From IMG/VR virus record IMGVR_UViG_3300047510_001118, positions 124,001 to 188,000 of that record: 64,000 bases of DNA; one strand, written 5' to 3'. Shown in pieces: positions 1 to 8,958 of the stretch. A program made the position numbers and the translations under genes. The notes under the pieces were generated by a model, which was not told the origin of the DNA, did no database searches, and saw nothing but the letters and a program-made list of their open reading frames with translations. Every line of letters begins with the position of its first letter. The first letter of the stretch is position 1.

Positions 1-303
1 AAAAATAAATGCTTCAAATCCTCTGTCGTTTAAACTAGTCAAAGGTAGAACTTCTAACTCGTTTCCGCACTCACTGTCCCCTACTGCTATGCTCCAATCT
101 ATAGGCATAGTTACTTCGTTGCCTCCAATGTTTAATACCATTGCTGGACTATTAAAACTTTCTAAAAAGATTAATGGAATAAAAAAGAAATCGGGATTAT
201 TTGGATCGTTGTTATCTAGAACACTAAATCTAATATCTTCCTCAACTTCATCTGGCATTTTTGATAAATCAAATGTCTTGTTGTCTATTGTTAAAATTAA
301 CAT
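1..303 (-). CDS. Hypothetical phage protein, 3' truncated by window edge (not in ORF track)
   Basis: ATG at 303 with GGAG SD, 12 nt after the uvsW stop. Reads MLILTIDNKTFDLSKMPDEVEEDIRFSVLD... with no stop to position 1. Confidence 0.8.
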   Translation of the reverse strand, partial: MLILTIDNKTFDLSKMPDEVEEDIRFSVLDNNDPNNPDFFFIPLIFLESFNSPAMVLNIGGNEVTMPIDWSIAVGDSECGNELEVLPLTSLNDRGFEAFIF

Positions 304-315
304 CTTATCTCCGAG

Positions 316-1776
316 TTACAGCCAATTTATCTTTTCAAGAGTAAAAGGATACTTGGCTTCTTTGTAAAATTTTTTTCGCTCTGTTAAGTGTCGTTTCGCG
401 TATTTGCACGTTGACGTGATGTCCCAGATTTGTACAAAGTCTTTATCTTCTGCCTTTCTAATCCCTCGCCCAATGCTTTGTATAACGCGGACAAAGCTCT
501 TTCCGGGTTCAAGAAGAACCAGATTAAAAATCCTTGGAATATTAAGACCCACAGCGGCCACACCATAAGTCGCCACAATAACCTTGCTATCAGATTCTTT
601 AACTTCATCATAATGTTCTTTTCTCTCTGTTAATTTAACTTCGCCGCTGATAAACACTGAATCTGGAATCGCTTCAACGATTTGTTTGCCTGCGTCTAGC
701 CTATCTACTAATATTAATGTATTGCCTGCATCTTTTATTGAATTACATAATTTTGCGATATATCCTATACGTTCACTGTCTGTGACAAGATATTTTAATT
801 CTTCTTGATAGGTTCTAAATTCTTTTACATCTAGCATCTGTACAATGTTAACATGACATTGTGCCAACACACCTCGCTCTTGTAGTTGATGTGCCGCTAT
901 TCTATTAACCACTGGGCCAATTGTGGCTAGGATACTATGAAAATTAATTTCTTCTTTGGGTATAGTTCCTGTAAGTCCCCAACGTATAGGAGCATGAGCC
1001 ATGTTTTGACTCAGTAGTTTCTTTAACACATCTGCCTTGGCCTGGTGAACTTCGTCTATGATTACACAGACTACACCTTCTAAGAATTCCGCCAATGACA
1101 GTGTTTCAGAATCGTAACTTTTCTTATCTAGTATGTTTAAACTTTGCCAAGTACAGATAGTATGTGTACGATTTAATTCTTTTCTATCTCCAAAATATAC
1201 CCCAACATCTAACCCAACATTGCGATAGTCTTCTTCTGTTTGAACAACTAGGCTCTTATTTGGAACAATAACTAATGTTCGACCGTAAGGTTCACACAGT
1301 GCTGATAGAGTGGCTGTGATAATTGTTTTACCTGCGCCAGTGGCTAACTCTTGTAACCCTTGCGGGTTATCCATAAAGTTATTAATCGCATCTAGTTGAT
1401 AGTCACGTAATACAATAGGTTGCCCAGCCATAGGGTGACCTTTTGGCCATGTCTTACCTTGTTCAGCCCAATATTGATCTGTGATTTTAGCAAAATCAAA
1501 TTTGTGTGTTTGGCGTAGATCTTCAATTTCTTCAACGCTGACGTCGCACTCTTCTAATATAGGAAGAATAGTTTCTAAGTGATTTAGATAACCATTGCCT
1601 CCAAGACCAAAGAACGTAGTAGTACCATCCCATCGTCCTAATTTGTATTGTGGCATGTGACGAGCATATGGAAGCTCAAATTTTAATGCGTTAGAAATTT
1701 TCCTCCGTATTTCAACTGGAAGACCTTCTATTTTAATATTGACTTCGTCTCGAATAATTATTTTACAACTGTACAA
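316..1776 (-). CDS. uvsW: SF2 DNA helicase, UvsW-like
   Basis: Walker A ATGAGKT, DExH (IIDEVH), motif VI QSIGRGIR. Sits in an operon with uvsX/uvsY/gp32. TTG start with AAGGA upstream. Confidence 0.9.
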   Translation of the reverse strand: MYSCKIIIRDEVNIKIEGLPVEIRRKISNALKFELPYARHMPQYKLGRWDGTTTFFGLGGNGYLNHLETILPILEECDVSVEEIEDLRQTHKFDFAKITDQYWAEQGKTWPKGHPMAGQPIVLRDYQLDAINNFMDNPQGLQELATGAGKTIITATLSALCEPYGRTLVIVPNKSLVVQTEEDYRNVGLDVGVYFGDRKELNRTHTICTWQSLNILDKKSYDSETLSLAEFLEGVVCVIIDEVHQAKADVLKKLLSQNMAHAPIRWGLTGTIPKEEINFHSILATIGPVVNRIAAHQLQERGVLAQCHVNIVQMLDVKEFRTYQEELKYLVTDSERIGYIAKLCNSIKDAGNTLILVDRLDAGKQIVEAIPDSVFISGEVKLTERKEHYDEVKESDSKVIVATYGVAAVGLNIPRIFNLVLLEPGKSFVRVIQSIGRGIRKAEDKDFVQIWDITSTCKYAKRHLTERKKFYKEAKYPFTLEKINWL

Positions 1777-3007
1777 TTACTGAATTTCCTTTTCTAGTGT
1801 AATTAGAACGTAAGTTATTATTATAATAGTAAACTGTTAAAAAGTCACTGATATACGCAGATGTTTTTCCATATTCATATGTGGTCGCCACAACAGCAGT
1901 GTGTGGTTTCCAATCAGCATTTAACAAAGGTTTAGGAATACGATTTTTTGTGATAAAAACCACCTTAGTATCCGGACCAATGTAACTGTTCAATTTTTGA
2001 TCTTTGACGTATTGATTAAAATCTTTGTTATCTTGAGTATCGTTTTCTAATCTAAAAAATACATTAATTTCTTCTTGGGGAATATATTTTGTAAGATGCT
2101 CAATATACGATTTTACCTGTGGAATTGTCTCTTTTTTATCGTCAACGAAGATCAAAGCAGGCCATTGTTTTAATTCGTTTATAACATCAAAGACAGTATC
2201 AATACCGTATTTGGTCGGTTCTATTCTAAATCTGGTCGATGTTTCAACCAGGATATTTTTTATGAGGAAATTGTTTGTCTTTTCGTCGATTTTTTTCAAA
2301 ATTTCGGTGTTTTTATGAAAAATTCCACAATTTTTTACCCTCTCTAAAAACACCAGAAAATCTTCGTCTCTATAGACCGGAAACTGAGATTTCAAATATT
2401 CAGTACAATTCAAACTGGCATTCTTAATTTCTATTTTTTCATTTTCAAAACTGACGTATGGCACATTTTCAGAAGGGTCTTCCAAGATGTTTTCAATATT
2501 TTGATAAATTTCATCAACTTCTTCTGTGGTTTCAAAATCTAAAGACTTAAGGGCAGTGACCACAGCATATAAATTCTTTTCATTGAATGGAATTTCTTTT
2601 TTATTCTTTTCTTCTCGAATTTGTCCGATCAACGATTTTTGTAAATCCATCCATACTCCAGCAAATTTCTTAGAAAACACAAATTTTACTGAAATTTTAG
2701 ATTTTTTGTCTTGGGTGGTTTCAAGAAAAATCGTCTGTGTGCGATCAATGTATCGAACAGGAATTTTTAAGGGTCTATTTGTTAATATATGATCAACGTC
2801 CACTGAATTCTTTTCCAACCCCTGACGGTATTTTTCAATTTTCTTCAATGAAAGGTCAATTTGACGATCAGTAAGGCCGGTTCCGCGGCCAACTTGCCGA
2901 CCAAGGCTTCGTATCAAAGATACTTCGTTAGAGTCTATTCGAATATTAACGGATCGTAGTGTACTTCCCGCTAAAATTTCAAGTGCGTCTTCAATAGTAT
3001 GATTCAT
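1763..3007 (-). CDS. Hypothetical protein (~414 aa)
   Basis: Long ORF overlapping the uvsW start. Start moved from 3025 to ATG 3007 because 3014-3041 is a sigma70-like promoter. Confidence 0.8.
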   Translation of the reverse strand: MNHTIEDALEILAGSTLRSVNIRIDSNEVSLIRSLGRQVGRGTGLTDRQIDLSLKKIEKYRQGLEKNSVDVDHILTNRPLKIPVRYIDRTQTIFLETTQDKKSKISVKFVFSKKFAGVWMDLQKSLIGQIREEKNKKEIPFNEKNLYAVVTALKSLDFETTEEVDEIYQNIENILEDPSENVPYVSFENEKIEIKNASLNCTEYLKSQFPVYRDEDFLVFLERVKNCGIFHKNTEILKKIDEKTNNFLIKNILVETSTRFRIEPTKYGIDTVFDVINELKQWPALIFVDDKKETIPQVKSYIEHLTKYIPQEEINVFFRLENDTQDNKDFNQYVKDQKLNSYIGPDTKVVFITKNRIPKPLLNADWKPHTAVVATTYEYGKTSAYISDFLTVYYYNNNLRSNYTRKGNSVIVQL

Positions 3008-3013
3008 ACTATG

Positions 3014-3041
3014 ATTATAACACAAATAAATTAAAAGTCAA
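3014..3041 (-). promoter_or_regulatory. Sigma70-type promoter with extended -10
   Basis: Minus strand TTGACT (3041-3036), 16 nt spacer, TG-T-TATAAT (3019-3014), then 6 nt and ATG 3007. Confidence 0.65.
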
Positions 3042-3045
3042 GACC

Positions 3046-3501
3046 TTATATTGTGGCATCTTCCATACCAGCAACACGTAGTTTCACAATATTAGTGATC
3101 TGCCATTGTTTTTGGTCAAGTGCTTTGGTAATGCCCAGCCACTTGTTTCTTAAAAGAGCAAATTCGTTGATAATTTTTTCATAATCTACAACATCTGCTT
3201 CGCCTTCGACGTATTTTTCAACATCTCTGCTACTTAGAGCACGAGCATAGTTTTCTAAATACTTTTTGAAATGATAACTTTTTAATCTTCTTAATTCAAT
3301 ATTAAGATATTCAAGAATTGCTTCAATTTCTTGAAGTTGGTTAAATCGATGTTCGACAACACCTGGCATACTTGCCGCGGCTTTTTCAACATTGCCTATT
3401 AATTTAACCTCTTTTCGGGCATCAATTAATTCTGTTTCAAAAAATAAAACCGCGTCGGGAATTTTCCCGATATCGCGGCTTATTTCGGTATACCAACCCA
3501 T
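3046..3501 (-). CDS. uvsY: Recombination mediator, UvsY-like
   Basis: 151-aa helical protein with KYLENY...SSRDVEKYVEGE signature, adjacent to uvsX and uvsW. Confidence 0.75.
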   Translation of the reverse strand: MGWYTEISRDIGKIPDAVLFFETELIDARKEVKLIGNVEKAAASMPGVVEHRFNQLQEIEAILEYLNIELRRLKSYHFKKYLENYARALSSRDVEKYVEGEADVVDYEKIINEFALLRNKWLGITKALDQKQWQITNIVKLRVAGMEDATI

Positions 3502-3752
3502 TAATCTTCGTCCCAGTCTGCGGAATCATAGTCAGTTTCTTCTTCACTGCTATCATCCCAATCATCTAGATAATATTCAATTGCGGCATCTAAGTCTTCA
3601 TCGCCGCCGATAGCGGCTTTGAATACATGATCTTGAACACCGTTGTCGGCCAAGATATCAACATACTTTGACGCTACAGTTTCAATTGCTTTTTTGTCAA
3701 AAAATTCTTTTAGTCCGCACCAAATATCAACGATATGATCTTCATTCAGCAT
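3501..3752 (-). CDS. Small acidic hypothetical protein
   Basis: 83 aa, D/E-rich tail, overlaps both neighbours (translational coupling). Confidence 0.8.
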   Translation of the reverse strand: MLNEDHIVDIWCGLKEFFDKKAIETVASKYVDILADNGVQDHVFKAAIGGDEDLDAAIEYYLDDWDDSSEEETDYDSADWDED

Positions 3753-4821
3753 GATTTAAGATTTCTCCAGTTTCTAAGTCAACGTCAGTAGGAGTAATTA
3801 CCTTAGGATTACTAACATAGTCTAACATAACTTTGTCTAATGATCCTTCTTCGTTACGCTCCCATTCTTTTCGATACAATTTAATTTCAGTACCGTCTGA
3901 CAATGCGTATTTAAGTCGATTGCCATCTTTTTGTAAAAAACCCTTGCCTTCAAATAAATCAACCAGACCACTGTAGGGATTCATACCTGTTTCATATGGA
4001 ATCTTGATCTGTACTGATTCAAAAGGCTTGGCATAACGAGTTTTCATGATCTTACAAGCGGCACGAATACCTTTTACTTCTGAGATCTTATTACCATCTT
4101 CGTCTTCTTTTAACTTCAATTTCTTCATGGCAACCACGATAGAACTTGCGTAAACGAAGCCTTGTCCGCCTGAGATTTTATCGTCCGGATCAAACATATC
4201 TTGGCTAGCGTATGTGTGATTTGTACAAACCAAGCCGACATTGTAACTGCCAAACATATTAACGCAATTACGAACCAACGCCGTAAGTGCCTTTGGCTTT
4301 CTACCCATATCACCTTTTAGGTCTCCTGCTTCAAATTGATTAACATCTGTAGGAGTCATTAACATACCTAAACTATCGATAACAAATAAAACTTTTGGAC
4401 GTTCCTCCATAGTCTTATATTCTTTCATGAATTCGTTGACAGTTTTTGCCACGTCATCAATCATAGCCATGTTAAGTTTAAGTAACTTTTCTTCCGATGT
4501 ATCTACACCTAATGCTTCTAACCATGCTTGATCTAGAGCATTTTCGCTGTCAATTAACACAACATAGATACCCTGTTGTTGTGCGTTACGAATTAAGTTA
4601 CCTGAACAGATAAATGATTTACCTGCGCCTGATTCACCAGCAAACACAGTAACTTTGCCCAACGGAACTCCTCTATGAAAGTCACTGCTGATCAAATAGT
4701 TTAAGGCATAGTTGCCTGTAGAGATCCAATCTGTTGGATCGTTGAATCCAACACCTAATCCGTCAATGCTCTTAGTCAGAGTCTTACGGAATTTTGATAA
4801 GTCAAATGCTTTAGAAGCCAT
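3742..4821 (-). CDS. uvsX: RecA-family recombinase, UvsX-like
   Basis: Walker A GESGAGKS, Walker B VIDSL, ISGGQG loop, KTRY motif. Start 4821 via TAATG overlap. Confidence 0.93.
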   Translation of the reverse strand: MASKAFDLSKFRKTLTKSIDGLGVGFNDPTDWISTGNYALNYLISSDFHRGVPLGKVTVFAGESGAGKSFICSGNLIRNAQQQGIYVVLIDSENALDQAWLEALGVDTSEEKLLKLNMAMIDDVAKTVNEFMKEYKTMEERPKVLFVIDSLGMLMTPTDVNQFEAGDLKGDMGRKPKALTALVRNCVNMFGSYNVGLVCTNHTYASQDMFDPDDKISGGQGFVYASSIVVAMKKLKLKEDEDGNKISEVKGIRAACKIMKTRYAKPFESVQIKIPYETGMNPYSGLVDLFEGKGFLQKDGNRLKYALSDGTEIKLYRKEWERNEEGSLDKVMLDYVSNPKVITPTDVDLETGEILNHAE

Positions 4822-5012
4822 TAGTTGTCGACCTCCATTGAATTCCATTCTTTAACCACAGCAATCATTTCTTCCTCTGAACTACAGAGAATCTTTGCTG
4901 TTTTCCATTCGCTATCTTCATCACGGCCACCTACTTCAACCATAAATCCATTGTCGTAACGGTTAAGTGTGATAGACTCATTTACTTTTGCTAGTTTCTT
5001 TAATTTTGCCAT
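4821..5012 (-). CDS. Small hypothetical protein (63 aa)
   Basis: AAGGAG SD upstream. Stop overlaps the uvsX ATG. Confidence 0.8.
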   Translation of the reverse strand: MAKLKKLAKVNESITLNRYDNGFMVEVGGRDEDSEWKTAKILCSSEEEMIAVVKEWNSMEVDN

Positions 5013-5037
5013 TGTTGTTCTCCTTGTTAGTGGCGAG

Positions 5038-5062
5038 AAGTACAGGGGGTGTCCCTGTACTT
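5038..5062. terminator. Hairpin downstream of gp32 (putative terminator or processing site)
   Basis: AAGTACAGGG-ggtgt-CCCTGTACTT perfect 10-bp inverted repeat. No clear U-tract. Confidence 0.45.
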
Positions 5063-5073
5063 ACTCTAGTCTA

Positions 5074-6039
5074 TTATTGCTTTTGACGATTGCGAATCAT
5101 CGCAAGGATATCTTCAGCACGACCACTTCCTGAAGCGTTGCTAGGAGCAGGAGTAGCAGGTTTTTGTACTGGTGCTGGAGCAGATGCCACTGCTGGCTCA
5201 TCTGGATCAACAGCACTGTCAACTGCGCCTACAGGATCACCTGTTACTTGACCCATGCCTGCTGGACGGAAATATTGACCCCATGCTTCTTTGTCAAACG
5301 GCTCACCGTCAACACTGGCTCTAAACATTTCAGAAATTACCTTTAATTCAACTTCGCCGGGTTTCTTTGGTAAAAAGTCGTTGAGGTTGAATAGACCGTG
5401 CGCCTTTGTGGCTTCAAGTTCTTGATCAGTGAGTGGACGCTCACGACGGCTCCATTTAGATGTGCTGTAATCAGCATAGCCACCTTTTGAAGTTTTTACA
5501 AGTTTGAAGTCAACGCCACGAGCAAAGTCAGTTGGCAATTCTTCTAACTCAGGATCAACCAATGCTGATTTGATCAGTTGGAAAATCTGAGGACCAATAA
5601 TAAATCTACGGATTGGATTTTCTGGTTTGTTTTCTTCGCGAAGACCATCGTCTACAACAAAGCCTTGGAAAATGTATGAACGTTTCTTCCAATACTTACG
5701 ACCCATGTCTTCAAGACTCTTGTCCTTGAACCAACCACGTACTTCGGATAGGATTGGGCAAGTTTCACCGTACATTTCCATACATGGTACTTGTACCTGT
5801 ACAGGACGGCTGTCTGTTTCACCTTTGATACCGGCGAATGGCAATTTGATCATCAATCTTTCTGCCCAGAAGAAAGTATTATCTCCATTACCATCTGGTA
5901 GGAAACGTACTGTGGATTCTTTGTTTTGCTCTAAGTTCCAGAACGGATAGATTGCGTTGTCACCAACTGGGCGGTCGCCGCCGCTTGATCTTGTTTCTTG
6001 TGCCTGTAGTTTGGCGCGAATTTCTGCTAATGTGGCCAT
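5074..6039 (-). CDS. gp32: Single-stranded DNA-binding protein, T4 gp32-like
   Basis: MATLAEIRAKL N-terminus, VRFLP, PC..MYGETCPIL, KYWKKRSYIFQG, YADYSTSKW, terminal EDILAMIRNRQ. Confidence 0.9.
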   Translation of the reverse strand: MATLAEIRAKLQAQETRSSGGDRPVGDNAIYPFWNLEQNKESTVRFLPDGNGDNTFFWAERLMIKLPFAGIKGETDSRPVQVQVPCMEMYGETCPILSEVRGWFKDKSLEDMGRKYWKKRSYIFQGFVVDDGLREENKPENPIRRFIIGPQIFQLIKSALVDPELEELPTDFARGVDFKLVKTSKGGYADYSTSKWSRRERPLTDQELEATKAHGLFNLNDFLPKKPGEVELKVISEMFRASVDGEPFDKEAWGQYFRPAGMGQVTGDPVGAVDSAVDPDEPAVASAPAPVQKPATPAPSNASGSGRAEDILAMIRNRQKQ

Positions 6040-6077
6040 AATGTTCTCCTTTTAATATGCCTTTTATTTGCCTTAGT

Positions 6078-6135
6078 TGTTTAGGACCTTCCTAAACAAA
6101 AAACGCATACTTGTTATTGTATGCGTTTTTATTTA
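6078..6135 (-). promoter_or_regulatory. gp32 leader: TAAATA motif plus two adjacent hairpins
   Basis: TAAATA at 6135-6130. Hairpin 6099-6130 (12-bp stem, 8-nt loop). Hairpin 6078-6098 (9-bp stem, 3-nt loop). Confidence 0.6.
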
Positions 6136-6182
6136 TTAAAGCAAGAGTTTTCTTGCTCTAAATGTGAATATATTTTACCGTT

Positions 6183-6875
6183 TTACGATGCTCGACCAAA
6201 CCATCTAGCATATTTGTATAACGGATCATCTTTACTAATTGTGCCGCCGTCTACAGTACTAGAATTATTACCACTAAAGTTAGTTCCAGCAACACTGTCA
6301 ATGGCTCCAGCAATAGATGATTTGACTTTTTTACCTACTTCAGTTCCGCCAACTAATGAGTCAACGGCGGCCACACCTGTTACACCACCAACTACTCCGG
6401 CACCTACTTTTTTCCAAGTACTTGGTTTGCCAGTTTTAGGATCTATTTCTGGTTTGCCAGTTTTAGGATCTATTTCTGGTTTGCCAGTTTTAGGATCTAT
6501 TTTTGTAGAGCCGCCTGCTTTGTTAGCCTTTGATTGAATTATATCTTTAACCTTTTCTCCGCCAGCCTTTTTCCAACTATCTGGTATGGCTTTGGTTATC
6601 ATACCTTTAGCGGCTTTAGGCACATATTTAAGAGCCGGAATCATAAACAATACATCAATAAAAAGAGTTTGATAATCATCTTCGGTCATACTTTCTGGAT
6701 TTTTTGCCAGTTTACTAGATAATTTATAAATTTCAACAATATCCATAACTGTCAGCACAGCAGAAACTGCTCCTAATAATCCGCCAATAGTAACACTACC
6801 TAAAAAAGGAATGGCCAAAAAAGCAACTTCGTTAACTTTTTGACGATCTTCTTTGATTATTTCTTGAATTCTCAT
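6183..6875 (-). CDS. Hypothetical, possibly internal virion or membrane-active protein
   Basis: 230 aa, MRIQEIIKE start, two hydrophobic Gly-rich segments, (PEIDPKTGK)-type repeat. Confidence 0.75.
   Translation of the reverse strand: MRIQEIIKEDRQKVNEVAFLAIPFLGSVTIGGLLGAVSAVLTVMDIVEIYKLSSKLAKNPESMTEDDYQTLFIDVLFMIPALKYVPKAAKGMITKAIPDSWKKAGGEKVKDIIQSKANKAGGSTKIDPKTGKPEIDPKTGKPEIDPKTGKPSTWKKVGAGVVGGVTGVAAVDSLVGGTEVGKKVKSSIAGAIDSVAGTNFSGNNSSTVDGGTISKDDPLYKYARWFGRAS
6424..6504. repeat. 27-bp coding tandem repeat x3
   Basis: GGTTTGCCAGTTTTAGGATCTATTTCT at 6424, 6451 and 6478 (one mismatch in the last copy). No spacers. Confidence 0.97.
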
Positions 6876-6877
6876 AA

Positions 6878-8947
6878 TTAGAAATCTGTGCTAACAACAC
6901 CTTGTTGTACTGGTGCTTGTGCCTGCGCCAAGTTTGGTGCGCCGCCACCACCTGGTCTCATTCCTTGTCTAACCTGTTGTATTTTTCCTTGTTGTGCCAT
7001 TAGAGCTTGACTTGCGGCAGCATATTCAGGATCTCCAGGATTTACTGTTTTACCATTATATTGTATAGGCCCTTCTGGCTTGCCCATTTTAATAGTTCCT
7101 GATACATTAGTCTGCGAACTAGTTTTAGTAGTTCCGGCTTGTGCAGGTGCTTTTGGATTTGCCTGAGCAGGCGGTGGAGAATACTGTCCGGTAGCACTGT
7201 CTTTGACCCAGTCTGGTGGTGGGTTCATTCCTTTTGCCCACTCTTCTGGTGTGCCAGGGTGATTTTTAAACTTTGTCTGAGCCGCTGGCGGTTGGGTTGG
7301 ACTTGTTCCGGCCGCAGGTTTCGCTGCCTGTGCTGCCTGAGTAGGTGCTGGAGTCACTGTTCCGGAAGCAGACGCAGTTTTCTCACCAGTTTCTGGATTT
7401 GTTCCATCTGGCATTGTTACATTTTGACCTTGAGCATTAACACCGGTTGCTGGTCCAGGTTTTGTTGTAGTTCCTGCTGCCTTTGCGGCTTGTAATGCTT
7501 TTTGTGTTGCCGGACCAAATTTGCCATCTACTTTAATACCAGCAGCCTGTTGAAATTTGCTAATTGCGGCTTCTAATTCTCCCGCAGTACTAGCATCGGC
7601 GGCCTCTTGTATTGCTGAGCTCATTGTGTCAAAATCTGGTTGTGATTGTTCTTTGGCACTTAATCTTTCAACTACTTGACCAGCAAATTGTCCTGCTTGA
7701 TCTCCAAATCGTTTTTCAACGGCAATCTTAACGCCTTCTTCGCCTTTGGGGAAAGTACCTTGCTGTTGGTCATACATGCTCATAATAAATTCTACAACTT
7801 CACGGGCATTAGCAGCCGGTTGTGGTTGAGGTTGTTGAATCATATCATATTCGAATGTAGATATATCATCTAAATGATTTTCGTAATCTGCTAAATGATT
7901 GTGTTCTTTAACATCGTCGTCCTCGCATTCGCAAGGATCGCAACTGCAGTCTTTACATTTAGTTTCTGCGATTAAATCTTCGTAATCTACTGCTTTTGGT
8001 TGATCAACTAGTCTATAGATATACGGAAAAATATTTTTTAATTCTTCATTAAATGTTCTAATAGTTAGAGCATCAATCCACTGATTAATAGTTTCTTCAG
8101 GAACTGGTAATGTCTGATATGGCTTGTAACCTTCTCTAAATTCTGCGTAATAATTTTGTTTTTGTAATCTAGTAATTTCGTCTTTGATTTCGGAGATACG
8201 ATCAATGACTTTTTCACTAACTTCTGACAATGCTTCAGATAGACCATTACGTTGAGTGTAGTTTTTAAATTGGCGTAACTTTGCTAATTCTTCACTTAAT
8301 CCAGAGATATGAGTTCCAATTTGATCGTAACTGGTACCGCCATTGGCGATATGTACAGCCATTGCTCTAGCACCATTTAGATGGCGATGTGGATAACGGA
8401 AACGTTCACCTGACGCACTTTCAATGTAGATGCTGTCAATGTGCATAGTTCTTCCTGCTGGAATATTGTAGTTAACAGGTTGGCTATGTTTTACTATGAT
8501 TTTAGCCTCGCCCACGTCTTGGTAACTAGTTTTACTAGTGCCCCATAGTTTACTTTCACTCATTTTCATTTCTCCGTTTTCCTGCGCTAGGTATTCGTAA
8601 TCTCTTTGGTCTAGATTTGTTTTTGTTATATCTCTAGTGTCAAAATTTAATAGATTTGACTTGGCAAACATACGTAGTTCTTTTAAAAAATCATACCAAT
8701 CTTTTCTTGCGTTTGCGTTATCGCCTTCTACCATCGAATCGCTGTAGATAATTGTTAGACTTTTTTCGTCAATTTTTATATTGACGTGTCCAAGGCTTGC
8801 GCCCTCGTGTGTGTAGTCTAAATCAAAGAATCTAGCACCTGCTGGATCAGTAATAACTTTACCTGCCTTATCTCCTAGTTTAATTTTAGAGAAACGGCTG
8901 CGAACTTTGTTAAAAAGGTCAGTGGAAATTGTGGTCAAATCTTTCAT
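6878..8947 (-). CDS. Putative virion protein with a peptidoglycan-binding (PG_binding_1-like) domain and Pro/Ala/Gln-rich tail
   Basis: AAISKFQQAAGIKVDGKFGPATQKALQ at ~7490-7580, low-complexity C-terminus, TAAATA-N5-ATG start. Confidence 0.7.
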   Translation of the reverse strand: MKDLTTISTDLFNKVRSRFSKIKLGDKAGKVITDPAGARFFDLDYTHEGASLGHVNIKIDEKSLTIIYSDSMVEGDNANARKDWYDFLKELRMFAKSNLLNFDTRDITKTNLDQRDYEYLAQENGEMKMSESKLWGTSKTSYQDVGEAKIIVKHSQPVNYNIPAGRTMHIDSIYIESASGERFRYPHRHLNGARAMAVHIANGGTSYDQIGTHISGLSEELAKLRQFKNYTQRNGLSEALSEVSEKVIDRISEIKDEITRLQKQNYYAEFREGYKPYQTLPVPEETINQWIDALTIRTFNEELKNIFPYIYRLVDQPKAVDYEDLIAETKCKDCSCDPCECEDDDVKEHNHLADYENHLDDISTFEYDMIQQPQPQPAANAREVVEFIMSMYDQQQGTFPKGEEGVKIAVEKRFGDQAGQFAGQVVERLSAKEQSQPDFDTMSSAIQEAADASTAGELEAAISKFQQAAGIKVDGKFGPATQKALQAAKAAGTTTKPGPATGVNAQGQNVTMPDGTNPETGEKTASASGTVTPAPTQAAQAAKPAAGTSPTQPPAAQTKFKNHPGTPEEWAKGMNPPPDWVKDSATGQYSPPPAQANPKAPAQAGTTKTSSQTNVSGTIKMGKPEGPIQYNGKTVNPGDPEYAAASQALMAQQGKIQQVRQGMRPGGGGAPNLAQAQAPVQQGVVSTDF

Positions 8948-8958
8948 AGTAGTATTTA

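Noticed and set aside
6424-6504. Possible CRISPR mini-array
   Set aside because: Units are contiguous with no spacers, are a multiple of 3 and lie in frame in a CDS. No cas genes.
6878-8947. Endolysin
   Set aside because: PG-binding domain only; no recognisable catalytic domain and no adjacent holin or spanin.
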